Below are positions 48,422 to 58,872 of a DNA stretch of 64,000 bases, one piece after another (position 1 is the first letter of the stretch; each line of letters opens with the position of its first letter). Origin of the DNA: Bacilli bacterium (GTDB lineage Bacteria > Bacillota_I > Bacilli_A > RFN20 > CAG-826). The notes beneath the pieces are model-generated. The model had not been told where the DNA came from and made no database searches. It saw nothing but the letters and a program-made list of their open reading frames with translations. A program made the position numbers and the translations under genes. The DNA lies in assembly GCA_051872395.1 (NCBI GenBank), contig JBJEDU010000035.1:5740-69739 (forward strand), given 5' to 3'.

Positions 48422-49336
48422 TTATTCTCCTTCCTTGGTGAGTAACCCTTTGTTAACAATTTCTTTCGAATATTTTTTGTTTATGAATTTGTCAAACATC
48501 TTGAAGGCATAAAGACAAAAACATAAACTCATATGTGAAAATCCATAAAGGACAATTAATATCAAACTAATAATTTGGATAAGTGCGATTGGAATAAAAA
48601 TATAAAGAAGAAAAAATAGCGCACTAATCGCAACAAATAATAAATTTAATGGATATAAAACAAACGATAACATCAAATTATTTTTTAATGCTGGAATAAA
48701 TTTAAAATTATATAGTGTCCCCGAGGCGAGGAGATAGAGGGACAGCATGATTGAAAATAGATATACGATAGTTAATAAAATTATTAATATCACTTTAACA
48801 AATGAAGGAATATCAGTCATTAAAGGATAAAAATAAATATTGGAAATATAAAGGAATGAAAAAAGAGAAAATATCGCACCACTTAAAAGGGAAGATTTTA
48901 TATTATCTTTGATTCCAAAAAAGAAATCTTGTCCGACATTGATTTTTGGATCTTGAAACACTAACTTCTTAATGACATAAAATAGTCCACCTAAACCAAT
49001 AAATCCAATAATTAATAAAGGAATTGAAATCAAAGAAGAAATCATATTTAAAGAGAAATTTCTTAAATCGATATCGGCTTGAGTTAATGAAGTGGTATCG
49101 ATTGGCTGCATCATATAAAGTTTCCAAATAAAATTAAAAGCGAAAAACGGAATAAAAAATAACGCGCTAAGAAAAGATAAAGCGATTAATGTTCCAAATC
49201 GATGAGATAAAATATCAAAATACGCATAAAAACGATTCGATGGAAGTTTATCTCCGTTTTTTGATCGATTTTTATTGAAGAAATTATATAATTTCGTTCC
49301 TCTTTTATTTTCTGACATTTTGTTTAAATTTTTCAA
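48422..49336 (-). CDS. Hypothetical membrane protein associated with sugar ABC locus (YesL/DUF624-like?)
   Basis: 304 aa, 6 hydrophobic helices, N-terminal basic cytoplasmic segment. Confidence 0.45.
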   Translation of the reverse strand: MKNLNKMSENKRGTKLYNFFNKNRSKNGDKLPSNRFYAYFDILSHRFGTLIALSFLSALFFIPFFAFNFIWKLYMMQPIDTTSLTQADIDLRNFSLNMISSLISIPLLIIGFIGLGGLFYVIKKLVFQDPKINVGQDFFFGIKDNIKSSLLSGAIFSLFSFLYISNIYFYPLMTDIPSFVKVILIILLTIVYLFSIMLSLYLLASGTLYNFKFIPALKNNLMLSFVLYPLNLLFVAISALFFLLYIFIPIALIQIISLILIVLYGFSHMSLCFCLYAFKMFDKFINKKYSKEIVNKGLLTKEGE

Positions 49337-50237
49337 TTTCAGTCATTGTTGGACAAGAATCAATCGCACCCTTTTTTAAAGTAGTCAACCCTCCAACAAT
49401 GTTCGCTGTGGTAAATATTTCTTTAAGTTCTTCTTTTGATAAAAGAGAATAATCTTTCTTATCAAATGAAGATAACAAATATGAATAGAAAGCATCACCT
49501 GCCCCCGTAGTGTCAACTGGTTTAACTTTATAAGTATCAATATGTTCAAGTTTATCTTGATAAAAATAGTAACTACCATTTCCACCATCAGATAGACAAG
49601 TGAAGATATTTTTATTAACTAAAGAAGATAGTCCTTTAATAATATCTTTTTCTCCAGTTAATATTTCTAATTCATCAGTGGTGATTTTTAATATATCGAC
49701 ACTAGGAATGATGGATAAATAATATTTTTTACTTTCTTCTAAAGAAGAAAAAATATCGCTTCGATAATTGATATCAAAAGAAATTTTACATTTAGTGTTA
49801 TTTTTTAAATAATCAATCATCTTAATAAGTAATTCTCTACCTTCTTTAAAAGAAAGCATAAGAGAACCAAGATGAACAATATTAATATTTGAAAAATCAA
49901 ATTTTTTAAATGTTTCAAAATCTAATCGGTAATCCGCTCCATTATCGCGGTCAAATTTAAAATCTCTTTCCCCATCGGTTAAAGTGACGATTGCTTTCGA
50001 GGTATTATATGAATCAAGCTGTAAAATTTCTAATTTCTTAAAATTTTTCGTTTTTGCGAAATCACATAATAATTTCCCGTATCGATCTTTTCCAATCGCA
50101 CCAAAAAAGCAAACATCATTACCAAATAAAGTCAAGTTAGAGGCAACATTAAAAGGCGCTCCACCTGGGAAAACTGTTTCATTTTTATTTTCATCGACGA
50201 ATATATCCACTAATATTTCGCCAACACATAAAATCAT
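49305..50237 (-). CDS. PfkB-family fructokinase
   Basis: Ribokinase/pfkB signatures (GGAPFNVA, DTTGAGDAF); in fructan locus next to LacI regulator. Confidence 0.85.
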   Translation of the reverse strand: MILCVGEILVDIFVDENKNETVFPGGAPFNVASNLTLFGNDVCFFGAIGKDRYGKLLCDFAKTKNFKKLEILQLDSYNTSKAIVTLTDGERDFKFDRDNGADYRLDFETFKKFDFSNINIVHLGSLMLSFKEGRELLIKMIDYLKNNTKCKISFDINYRSDIFSSLEESKKYYLSIIPSVDILKITTDELEILTGEKDIIKGLSSLVNKNIFTCLSDGGNGSYYFYQDKLEHIDTYKVKPVDTTGAGDAFYSYLLSSFDKKDYSLLSKEELKEIFTTANIVGGLTTLKKGAIDSCPTMTEIEKFKQNVRK

Positions 50238-50239
50238 AT

Positions 50240-51187
50240 TTAGGCCGTTTCTCCGATTACAAATTCTGTTTTTATTTTATAAAGACTATCGACTTTTTCT
50301 TTCTTTATTCTTCTAAGCAAGACATCGACAGTAACTTTTGCCATCTCTTCGATATTTTGTCTCACTGATGTAAAAGTTGGAACTTGAATCCACTTATTCA
50401 TACATCCATCATAGGTAATAATATCGATTTTTTTATTAATATCATTGCAAATTCGATAAAACGCAAATCCAAAAGCGTCACTTGTCGCAAATAAGGCATC
50501 AACGTCAGGATACTTTTCATTGAATTGCAATGATCTTAATATTTCTTCACCATGTCTAAAATCTTCGTAATAGACATAAGATTCAAGATTGTATGCTTTA
50601 ATAAAATCTAAGTAAGCATCATATCTTTTTGATACTTCACTTTCGACTTTTGGACATCCACCTATAAACCCGATTTTGCGGTGTCCTTTTTGATATAAAT
50701 ATTTCAATGCTTTATAAGTTGCATCATAGTTGTCTGAAGTTATGCAAGGAACATTTTTTCCAAAGTGACGATCAATAGTCACTACTGGAAGCGATGAGTC
50801 GAAATGTCTATATTTATTATGAGTAATGAATATAATTCCATCGACTTGATTATGAGAGAGTAAATCAATAAATTCTTTTTCTCTTTCAACATCATTCGCG
50901 CTTCCAGTAATTAGAAGTTTATATCCATTGGCATGAGCTTCATTTTCTATCGCTTGAATCATCAACGCGAAGAAAGGATGACTAACAACAGGAACACATA
51001 AGGCGATCGTCTTAGTTGAATTATCTTTAAACATCTTCCCAATTGAATTTGTTTTGTAATTCAATTCATTGATAGCTTTTTCAATTTTTATGCGAACCTC
51101 TTTAGAGACATAGCCGTTATTAAAATAACGTGAGACAGTTGATTTTGATACTCCTGCAGATTTTGCTACATCCAAGATGCTAGACAT
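50240..51187 (-). CDS. LacI-family transcriptional regulator
   Basis: N-terminal HTH (ILDVAKSAGVSKSTVSRYFNN), periplasmic-binding-like sugar sensor domain; 315 aa. Confidence 0.85.
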   Translation of the reverse strand: MSSILDVAKSAGVSKSTVSRYFNNGYVSKEVRIKIEKAINELNYKTNSIGKMFKDNSTKTIALCVPVVSHPFFALMIQAIENEAHANGYKLLITGSANDVEREKEFIDLLSHNQVDGIIFITHNKYRHFDSSLPVVTIDRHFGKNVPCITSDNYDATYKALKYLYQKGHRKIGFIGGCPKVESEVSKRYDAYLDFIKAYNLESYVYYEDFRHGEEILRSLQFNEKYPDVDALFATSDAFGFAFYRICNDINKKIDIITYDGCMNKWIQVPTFTSVRQNIEEMAKVTVDVLLRRIKKEKVDSLYKIKTEFVIGETA

Positions 51188-51292
51188 TATTCTCCTTCCT
51201 CCCTAATCGTTGAATAATTCTTATTATGTATAATAGAACTAATTTTGAATAATAAAATTATATAGTAATTGTTTCGTTAGAGTAATTATATT

Positions 51293-53182
51293 CTATCTAT
51301 GAGAATACTTTTTCTTTTTGACAATTAATATAATTAATGCGCTGATAACTACAATTGAAATAATTGAAACAAATCCGACAAGTGTGTTGCCATTACTAAT
51401 GAAGTTTACATAAACGGAACCTAAAGTAGAAACAACAGCGGCACTATTCATATAGTTAATTGTTTCAACTACACCACATTTAGTAACTACGACATCATTA
51501 AGGTAATAAGTTTCACCTGGATCTACAATATTATTGTAATTATAATCATCGCTATTATTAATGATGGTTTTCGCAGTTACATCACTTATCGCATTATATT
51601 TACTAACTATATCGTTTCTTGTTTCAGTAGATAATTGACACAATGTATCACTACCATAATTACGCACTGTCGCATAGAATTCATCTAAGAAATTGAATGC
51701 TTTGAGTACAGAATCATTTTCTTCTTCAATATTTGAAACACCACGAACATATTTTGGATAAACAACGCCTTTGAATGTTTGATCTGGAGTCGCATCACAG
51801 GTTTGTTTAATAATATTGTCATCGAGTTCAACTTTAATGTCATTAACATTTAAATTGAATCTAATTTCATCAATATAGGATAAACCCCATCCATCACCGG
51901 TATTATTTTCACCGATTTCTAAATAAACGGTTTTTCCAACTAAACCAGAAATATCAACAAATACTTCGGTCATAGTATTAATCATACTTTTGCTGCTAAC
52001 AATATTGGCTACACCATTATCAACGAAGTAACGCATATTATTTCCAGTAGGAGTAAATTCAAATAAAACATCTTCAGTAGTAGAGTCAATTAAACGAACA
52101 TTAGCTTTCGCTGCTCCAATACGGAATGCCATATAATTATCTGTAATATTGATAGTAAATTTTGATCTTAATAATACTTTTACAGTTTCAGCAATTCCAG
52201 TCCAAGTTGGGTGAGTAGAGAAAAATTTATTACCGTGTTTATTAAATGGCATATGTTCTGCCCATTCATAACAATCTCTGGAAGAAATCATAGCGTTCCA
52301 CATATCATTTGTTAATTCAAGTGTCGATGAATCTTCATTGATAGAAAGATTAGTGAAATAATCCGCTAAAGCGATACCTTCAAAATCTAAAACCTCATAA
52401 CTTTGCCAATCATTTGATCTAAATGATGCAAATTCTTCAGTTTCATTGATTTTGCTCATCATATAGGCGTATTGACCAGCGTCTTTGTCGCCATCTGTTT
52501 GAGTGAGATAAGCATTTTTACGATAAGCCCTAATATCATTAGTAACATCCTCTGCAGTTTGATTGAATTTCAAACCACCGAAGTTGACAATACCAAATCC
52601 GCCAGTATTATTATCGACAACACGAACTGAAATATAATGATCGACATAATCCGCTAAATCAGCGACACGAATGTATAAAGCTTCACCAGTTTTTGGATCA
52701 TGAAATAAGCCAACATTCGTGAATTTTTTGATAGCAACACTACTGGTATTATCAGTGCCATTATCAATAATTTCGACATAGAGATTTTCTTCATTCGCTC
52801 CACCGCCTAAATAGAAAGTAAGATATCTTTCTGTTTGTTTGACTGGAGTTTTTAATTGAAGCTTTGATGTATTAGCGTCTCCACTTGCGGTTATTGTTTC
52901 ACCATCAGTGTCATAATTAACATCATCTACGCTTCGGTAAAAATCGATACCCTCTGGTACAAAGAATGAACGCACTGACCACCATCTACTAGTGCTGTTT
53001 GATGTAGGAAAACAACCAGTTGTTCCATCGACATATTCAAATGTATCACTACTGAATGCCACAGAAGTAACTGGGGATTCATCTTCTGCTTTTGCAACAT
53101 GACTATTATTTGCTTTCAAACCACTTGCAAATAATAATGACGCCATGAAAACAGGGACGAATAATAATTTCTTATTTTTCAT
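51293..53182 (-). CDS. Cell-surface protein with signal peptide, two degenerate CBM_4_9-like modules and C-terminal TM anchor
   Basis: Signal MKNKKLLFVPVFMASLLFASG; module endings LYIRVADLADYVDHYISVRVVDNNTGGFGIVNFGGLKF and VYLEIGENNTGDGWGLSYIDEIRF; C-terminal hydrophobic anchor plus KKKK. Confidence 0.6.
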   Translation of the reverse strand: MKNKKLLFVPVFMASLLFASGLKANNSHVAKAEDESPVTSVAFSSDTFEYVDGTTGCFPTSNSTSRWWSVRSFFVPEGIDFYRSVDDVNYDTDGETITASGDANTSKLQLKTPVKQTERYLTFYLGGGANEENLYVEIIDNGTDNTSSVAIKKFTNVGLFHDPKTGEALYIRVADLADYVDHYISVRVVDNNTGGFGIVNFGGLKFNQTAEDVTNDIRAYRKNAYLTQTDGDKDAGQYAYMMSKINETEEFASFRSNDWQSYEVLDFEGIALADYFTNLSINEDSSTLELTNDMWNAMISSRDCYEWAEHMPFNKHGNKFFSTHPTWTGIAETVKVLLRSKFTINITDNYMAFRIGAAKANVRLIDSTTEDVLFEFTPTGNNMRYFVDNGVANIVSSKSMINTMTEVFVDISGLVGKTVYLEIGENNTGDGWGLSYIDEIRFNLNVNDIKVELDDNIIKQTCDATPDQTFKGVVYPKYVRGVSNIEEENDSVLKAFNFLDEFYATVRNYGSDTLCQLSTETRNDIVSKYNAISDVTAKTIINNSDDYNYNNIVDPGETYYLNDVVVTKCGVVETINYMNSAAVVSTLGSVYVNFISNGNTLVGFVSIISIVVISALIILIVKKKKYSHR

Positions 53183-53203
53183 AAGTCTAGTTTTCTCCTT
53201 TCT

Positions 53204-55426
53204 TTAAAGTGTATTTATAGCGTTAGCCCAAGGAATATCTGTCACTACTGGCGGGTTACCAGTAACTTCAACTTGGGATACGGTATCAAATTTTGTTGAG
53301 ACATCAATTTCAGTCTCATAATAAGTGACGATTTCATCAAAGAAGACAACTTGCCATCCTCCATCGATAACTTCATCCACTAATTCGATATATAAGTTTT
53401 CTCCAATATAATCACTTAAATCAGCAACATAAGTTACCATTGTTGCTAAGCGACAACCATTAGAAACAGATGGGAAATTAACATCCGCGAAATTATAATT
53501 TTCATATTTTGCAATCATTTCGCCATTTTCTCTTCTAACAATTACTCTCGTGGAACGACCACCTAATTTAAATGAGATTTGTCCACTACCACCTAAGGTG
53601 AAATTAGTGGATTTAAATGAGAAGCCATTTGATTCTTCTACTCCGGCATCCCATCCATTGAAGAAGTATGTTCCAGTTTTGTTATAAGGAATTTCTTCAC
53701 TCCAGAAGGTATCAAGCGAACAAATGGCCGCATTGAGATTTGGACTACCACTTGTAATGGTCCAGCCAGTGGCATCTCCAGTTTCAAATCCACCATTAAC
53801 GATGTTATTATCGTAAGTCATCTTAGTAACAACTTCGATTTTGATTGTACCTACTGAAACATTGTTATAAGCATCAGTCGCGCTGAAAGTATATAAATAT
53901 GTTCCGTTTTGACTTAAATCACAAGCATAGTAATTGACATCTTCTAAAGTTGTTCCGTTTCTACTTAATGAAACTGAACGAATGACGAGATCATTTCTAA
54001 CAGTGTAATCATCTTTAATAGTTGTATTTTTGATGAGTTCCACTAAATTGTATGAACTACTAGCAGAAATCATTGTTTGATAAGCGTAATCGTTTTCATC
54101 GACTGAAATGACAGGAGCGTCTCCACCTACTGGGAATGAAATAACATTGTTATAAGCATCAATATAGGCGTTTTTCGCTACGCTATCATCGTTATATAAA
54201 CTACCATCCACTAAAGAAGCTCTTTCATTAATGATGGTTTCTTGACTCAAATTAATTCTGAATTCGTCAGCGTTAATTGCTGCAAAGCCTCCACTAGTCG
54301 CATTATCGTTAATAGTGAAATATAATGTTTGACCAATATAATTTGATAAATCGACATAATATCTCACTAATGAAAGTGATAATTCTGGGTCTTTAAAGGC
54401 AATGTTTTTAATTTTAATTAACTCTTCGCCTGTTAAACCGTTGTTAACAGCGATATATCCACTCGCGTCTTTAATACCACCTAATAAAACCGAAGCGTAT
54501 GAGGTGTTATTGCCTTGATCGGTGACGAGGAATTTTTCACTTCTTATCGTGCCGGTTAAATTTTCAGCATTTTTATATCCATTAAGGAAATAATTTCCAC
54601 TTGCGTTATGTTTTCTATCGGTCCAGAAATTTTCACTACTTAAACTAACTGAACCTTGAGTAAAGGCATTACCTTTAAGTATTTTCCAATAAGATAAATC
54701 GCCAGTTTCAAACCCACCATTTCTTAATTCTGTCACTGGAGGGTCATTATCGATGACTTCATCATGATATTCAATTAATTGTTCTTCTCTTTGAGTTCTT
54801 GCATCATTTAATTCTTGAGCGTTTTTCAAAATGCGAACATCATCGAGATTGACAAATGAATAATCGATATAATCACTATTTCTATCATTATCAGTAACTT
54901 TGATATAAATGACTTTTTCAAAATAATCACTCAAATCAACAACTTGTCTAATAAGTTGAGATTTAATGGTCGAATCATTGAAATCATCATTTGTTAATTT
55001 TGTGACTGTTTCTTGTTTTTGATTGACAATAAATGAAAGTGGTTCCGTTTTGCCGTATTCAAAAAATTCAATATAGCAATTTTCTTTATTTTTCATCGCT
55101 CCAATTTTTAAGGTAATTTGACCGATACCTTCTAAAACGAATGGATCTGAGATTAAACTACCAGTAAATGATGGAAGAGAAGAATAACCACCTACATAAC
55201 AATATGACCCTTCTTTATTTGTTGGAAGTCCGTCATTAAAAGTATCGATGTTCACAATATCTTCTTCTGTGAATGCACCTTCACCACTGACAGTCCAGCC
55301 TGTAATTCCATCTTCAAAGCTTCCGTTAGTGACACTATCAGGGAAAGAAGTAGTATCAGTGGTATCTTTTTGACAGCCAGTTAATAAAAGAGGGAGAATC
55401 AATAAGGGGAGAATCTTTTTGTTCAT
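53204..55426 (-). CDS. Surface lipoprotein with three tandem CBM_4_9-like beta-sandwich modules (putative fructan-binding protein)
   Basis: Lipobox LLLTGC; three repeats starting NGSFEDGITGW / NGGFETGDLSYW / NGGFETGDATGW and ending (V/Y)VDLS(D/N)YIG..LY(F/I); 740 aa. Confidence 0.65.
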   Translation of the reverse strand: MNKKILPLLILPLLLTGCQKDTTDTTSFPDSVTNGSFEDGITGWTVSGEGAFTEEDIVNIDTFNDGLPTNKEGSYCYVGGYSSLPSFTGSLISDPFVLEGIGQITLKIGAMKNKENCYIEFFEYGKTEPLSFIVNQKQETVTKLTNDDFNDSTIKSQLIRQVVDLSDYFEKVIYIKVTDNDRNSDYIDYSFVNLDDVRILKNAQELNDARTQREEQLIEYHDEVIDNDPPVTELRNGGFETGDLSYWKILKGNAFTQGSVSLSSENFWTDRKHNASGNYFLNGYKNAENLTGTIRSEKFLVTDQGNNTSYASVLLGGIKDASGYIAVNNGLTGEELIKIKNIAFKDPELSLSLVRYYVDLSNYIGQTLYFTINDNATSGGFAAINADEFRINLSQETIINERASLVDGSLYNDDSVAKNAYIDAYNNVISFPVGGDAPVISVDENDYAYQTMISASSSYNLVELIKNTTIKDDYTVRNDLVIRSVSLSRNGTTLEDVNYYACDLSQNGTYLYTFSATDAYNNVSVGTIKIEVVTKMTYDNNIVNGGFETGDATGWTITSGSPNLNAAICSLDTFWSEEIPYNKTGTYFFNGWDAGVEESNGFSFKSTNFTLGGSGQISFKLGGRSTRVIVRRENGEMIAKYENYNFADVNFPSVSNGCRLATMVTYVADLSDYIGENLYIELVDEVIDGGWQVVFFDEIVTYYETEIDVSTKFDTVSQVEVTGNPPVVTDIPWANAINTL

Positions 55427-56826
55427 TATTTTTTGACTCCTAAACCATGTTTAATTAAATTGTTGATTATCACTTCACTATTATTATTAATAGGGGTGAT
55501 TTTAAATTTTGTTCCAATTTTTTTGAAATAAGTTGATGAAAAAGAATATTTTCCATCGTTTATAAGAATATCGATACAAGAATTATCGATAATCATATCT
55601 AGTTTGAGATGAGTGAGATTGTCATCAATATCAATGATGCGATTTTTCGCATCAGTTAAATCTTTATTGACTATTTCTATATCCATGTTGTTTCTTGACA
55701 CAGTGATGTTGTTATTTATAACACTGACAGTGATATCAAAATCATCTTCAACACTGATTTTATAATCACCATTTGAAACAATTTCTATTTCAATACGACA
55801 ATTTCTCGAAGATAAATTATCATCGCTAAATTCACTATTGATATGGACATTATTTAAACAGTATTCATCAGTGTAATAATTCTTAATCGAAGGAATGAAT
55901 GATTGATACATCAAGTTATCAATGATTTTAATTTCACGAATAAAGGTAAATTGTCCAACATAACCTTCTTCTTGACTTGGATAGTTTCTATCCCACATAT
56001 TTTCCCACGCGACAAGATAAGATTTTCCATCTCTTTGTAGTGTTTGCGTTGCATAGAAATCAAATCCATAATCAACTTCTTTGACATCGCTTAAATGTGA
56101 CAAGACACCACTTTCTAAATCGATGATTCCAGTTTGATAAACTGTCGAATGGACATTTTGAAATTTGTTTTTAATTTTTTCTTTAAATTGCATGCAATAA
56201 ATCAAACAAATTTCATTTTTCTCTTTGTTAGTAAAAATGACATCTGGGCATTCAATCATTCCATTATTGATATCTTCTAATCTCATCACTTCATTAATAA
56301 AACCATAGTTTCTAAAATCTAAAGTTTTATATAAAAGTAAAGAGACTCCTTTATCTTTTCTTCTTGCCCCAATAAAGACATAGAAGACATCATCTTTTTC
56401 AATAATTTTTGGATCACGAAAATCCGCGACAATAAAATCATCTGGAAGATTATATTTAGAAATGACTGGATTAAAATGTGATTTAACAAAATGATTTCCA
56501 TCGACAGAAGTCGCTAAGCATTGAACTTGTTCATTTTCATTCGCTCCAGTATAAAGAAGATAAAGAGTTTTACCATGAACCATCGCACTTCCTGAAAAAC
56601 AACCATAAAATTTTTCATATTCTTCAGTTGGAAATAAAATAATTCCTTCTTCATTGAAAGTCACTAAATCTTCACTGGTGAAATGTAACCAGTGCATCGT
56701 GTCCCATTTGACACTATTGGGATTGTGTTGAGCGAAAAGATGATATTTTCCGTTGTAATAAATAAAACCATTTGGATCGTTAATCCAACCTTTTTTTGCT
56801 GTAATATGTAATTTTGGACGATACAT
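55426..56826 (-). CDS. Intracellular GH32 beta-fructofuranosidase (sucrose-6-P hydrolase/invertase-like)
   Basis: GH32 blocks WINDPNG, FRDPK, ECPD; no signal peptide; 466 aa. Confidence 0.9.
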   Translation of the reverse strand: MYRPKLHITAKKGWINDPNGFIYYNGKYHLFAQHNPNSVKWDTMHWLHFTSEDLVTFNEEGIILFPTEEYEKFYGCFSGSAMVHGKTLYLLYTGANENEQVQCLATSVDGNHFVKSHFNPVISKYNLPDDFIVADFRDPKIIEKDDVFYVFIGARRKDKGVSLLLYKTLDFRNYGFINEVMRLEDINNGMIECPDVIFTNKEKNEICLIYCMQFKEKIKNKFQNVHSTVYQTGIIDLESGVLSHLSDVKEVDYGFDFYATQTLQRDGKSYLVAWENMWDRNYPSQEEGYVGQFTFIREIKIIDNLMYQSFIPSIKNYYTDEYCLNNVHINSEFSDDNLSSRNCRIEIEIVSNGDYKISVEDDFDITVSVINNNITVSRNNMDIEIVNKDLTDAKNRIIDIDDNLTHLKLDMIIDNSCIDILINDGKYSFSSTYFKKIGTKFKITPINNNSEVIINNLIKHGLGVKK

Positions 56827-56835
56827 AAATAATTT

Positions 56836-58872
56836 TTATAAAACCTCAATTGTATTTTTAATTAAGTTTGTAATTTTTGATTTTCCTGTCGAATAAACTG
56901 AATAATTTAATTCATTATTTGTGGGGTACACTAATCCACTCATGGTGTAATAACCATCATTAATGAATACTTCTACGCTTGAAACATCGACATAAATTTC
57001 AAGAGTGATTTTGTTATCGATTGGAGTGATAGATGCATATCTAACATCTAATTCTCCATCATCGTCTGCAGTGGAAATTTTTCTACCACTATTTCGACGA
57101 TCGAATACAACTTTTTGAATTGTAGAATCGTAATAGATATTAGTTTCTTCATCTTCACCTTTTAATAATTTGAAGCCAACTGTTCCATTTAATTCACTAA
57201 CATCAATTTCTGCTTTAAATGTCAATGTATTACCAGAAAAATCTAAGCCAACTTCATTATTATCTAGCGATATTTCATCGACAACTTGTTCATTGACGAA
57301 ATAATTTTTTATCGCTGATATTGGTTTTTGATAAAGATGATTATCTTTGAGTTCTAAGGTTCGAGGAAGAGTAACTTCACCAGTCCAACCATCGACGCTG
57401 GAAGGATAACTTCTCGACCACATATTCATCCACGCAAGCATAATGGCTTCATCATCATGATTAAGTGTTTGTGTCGCATAGAAATCGAATCCTTTATCAA
57501 ATTCTTCCATGTAATCCGTGCCATTATCGTTCGTGAATGTTCCATTTGTATAATCAATGTGTCCGATTTGATAAGTCACTGAATGCATATTTTGATAAAT
57601 TGAGATATCTTCATTTCTCACAGATTGAGGAGAACTTAAGATAATGTCTTTTCCACCAACTTCAACATAATTTGGACACTCAAACATTCCAGTATTGGTA
57701 ATTGTTGAATCGACGAGCGTGCCAAGATATTTCCAAGATAAGAAATCATTTGATTCATAAAGTAATATCTTGCCTCCTGGACCTTCATTTTTTCCACCCA
57801 CTAAAGCGTAATATTTACCATCTTTTTCATAGACGTATGGATCTCTAAAATCAGTAATTCTTGAACCTTGTCTCATCGATGAATCAATGACAGGGTTTTT
57901 ACTTCTTTTTGTGAAATTAACGCCATCAAAAGAGGTGGCAATTGCTTGTTGTTGAACACCATTTGGTCCGACCGCAGTATACATGACATAAAGTTTGTCA
58001 TCAATGGTTAAGGCTCCACCCGAGAAAACTCCTAAAGAGTCATATGATTTATCAGGAGCGAAAGCGACAGGTAAATATTCCCATTTAACTAAGTCTCTAC
58101 TTCGTGCATGTCCCCAGTGCATCGTGTCCCAATTTGGACTATAAGGATTATGTTGATAAAACAAATGATAATAACCATCGTAATAACATAAGCCGTTTGG
58201 ATCGTTCATCCATCCGATATCAGGCATGAGGTGATATGTATGTCGATATGTATCACCAACATCACCAGCGTGACTCGAAACATAATTTCTTGCATCTTCT
58301 AGTAATGTTCCAATATCTTCACTACCTTCATAATCGAGAAGTACATCATCAAGAAGGATATGATTGAATCCATCCGTGCCATTGTCGTTATCGACGATTT
58401 TTAAATATAATTCTTTGTTGAGATATTTATTTAAATTTACTTTTAATCGATAAAGTCTATCGTTTGGTGCTTCTTCGTTAAAAAATTTATTAGTGATTCG
58501 ATATACTTCTTCGTTCGTGGAAGCATCGATAACACTGACATATACTTTATCTTTATAGCGACCTCCACCAATAAGAAGAGATAAGACCCCATTCTTTTTT
58601 AATTTGAATGGACTACTTGTCAAAGTTCCAGTCGCCGAATCTCCAGCTTGATATCCATCTAAGAAGAAGTTACCAACCACATGACGCTTTGTTATAGCAG
58701 AATCATCAGCGATTTGAACTGAATTTAATGAATAAGCATTGCCAGTGGCTTTCCAACCAAGAAGTGAACCATCTTCAAATCCACCATTGAGTAATTCATT
58801 TTTAGCATTTGAAGAGGAAGAACAACTTGTTAATAACAAAAGTGGAATTATAAGTGATATTTTTTTATTCAT
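56836..58872 (-). CDS. Surface lipoprotein GH32 exo-fructanase (levanase/inulinase-type) with N-terminal CBM_4_9-like module
   Basis: Lipobox LLLLTSC; N-terminal NGGFEDGSLLGW module; WMNDPNG, FRDPYV, MFECPNY; C-terminal beta-sandwich. Confidence 0.9.
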   Translation of the reverse strand: MNKKISLIIPLLLLTSCSSSSNAKNELLNGGFEDGSLLGWKATGNAYSLNSVQIADDSAITKRHVVGNFFLDGYQAGDSATGTLTSSPFKLKKNGVLSLLIGGGRYKDKVYVSVIDASTNEEVYRITNKFFNEEAPNDRLYRLKVNLNKYLNKELYLKIVDNDNGTDGFNHILLDDVLLDYEGSEDIGTLLEDARNYVSSHAGDVGDTYRHTYHLMPDIGWMNDPNGLCYYDGYYHLFYQHNPYSPNWDTMHWGHARSRDLVKWEYLPVAFAPDKSYDSLGVFSGGALTIDDKLYVMYTAVGPNGVQQQAIATSFDGVNFTKRSKNPVIDSSMRQGSRITDFRDPYVYEKDGKYYALVGGKNEGPGGKILLYESNDFLSWKYLGTLVDSTITNTGMFECPNYVEVGGKDIILSSPQSVRNEDISIYQNMHSVTYQIGHIDYTNGTFTNDNGTDYMEEFDKGFDFYATQTLNHDDEAIMLAWMNMWSRSYPSSVDGWTGEVTLPRTLELKDNHLYQKPISAIKNYFVNEQVVDEISLDNNEVGLDFSGNTLTFKAEIDVSELNGTVGFKLLKGEDEETNIYYDSTIQKVVFDRRNSGRKISTADDDGELDVRYASITPIDNKITLEIYVDVSSVEVFINDGYYTMSGLVYPTNNELNYSVYSTGKSKITNLIKNTIEVL

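Noticed and set aside
51188-51310. cre (CcpA) site or LacI operator upstream of lacI-family gene; weak IR tattct-N7-agaata at 51289-51307
   Set aside because: No match to WTGNAANCGNWNNCW; the IR is short, AT-only and overlaps a stop codon, so not reportable.
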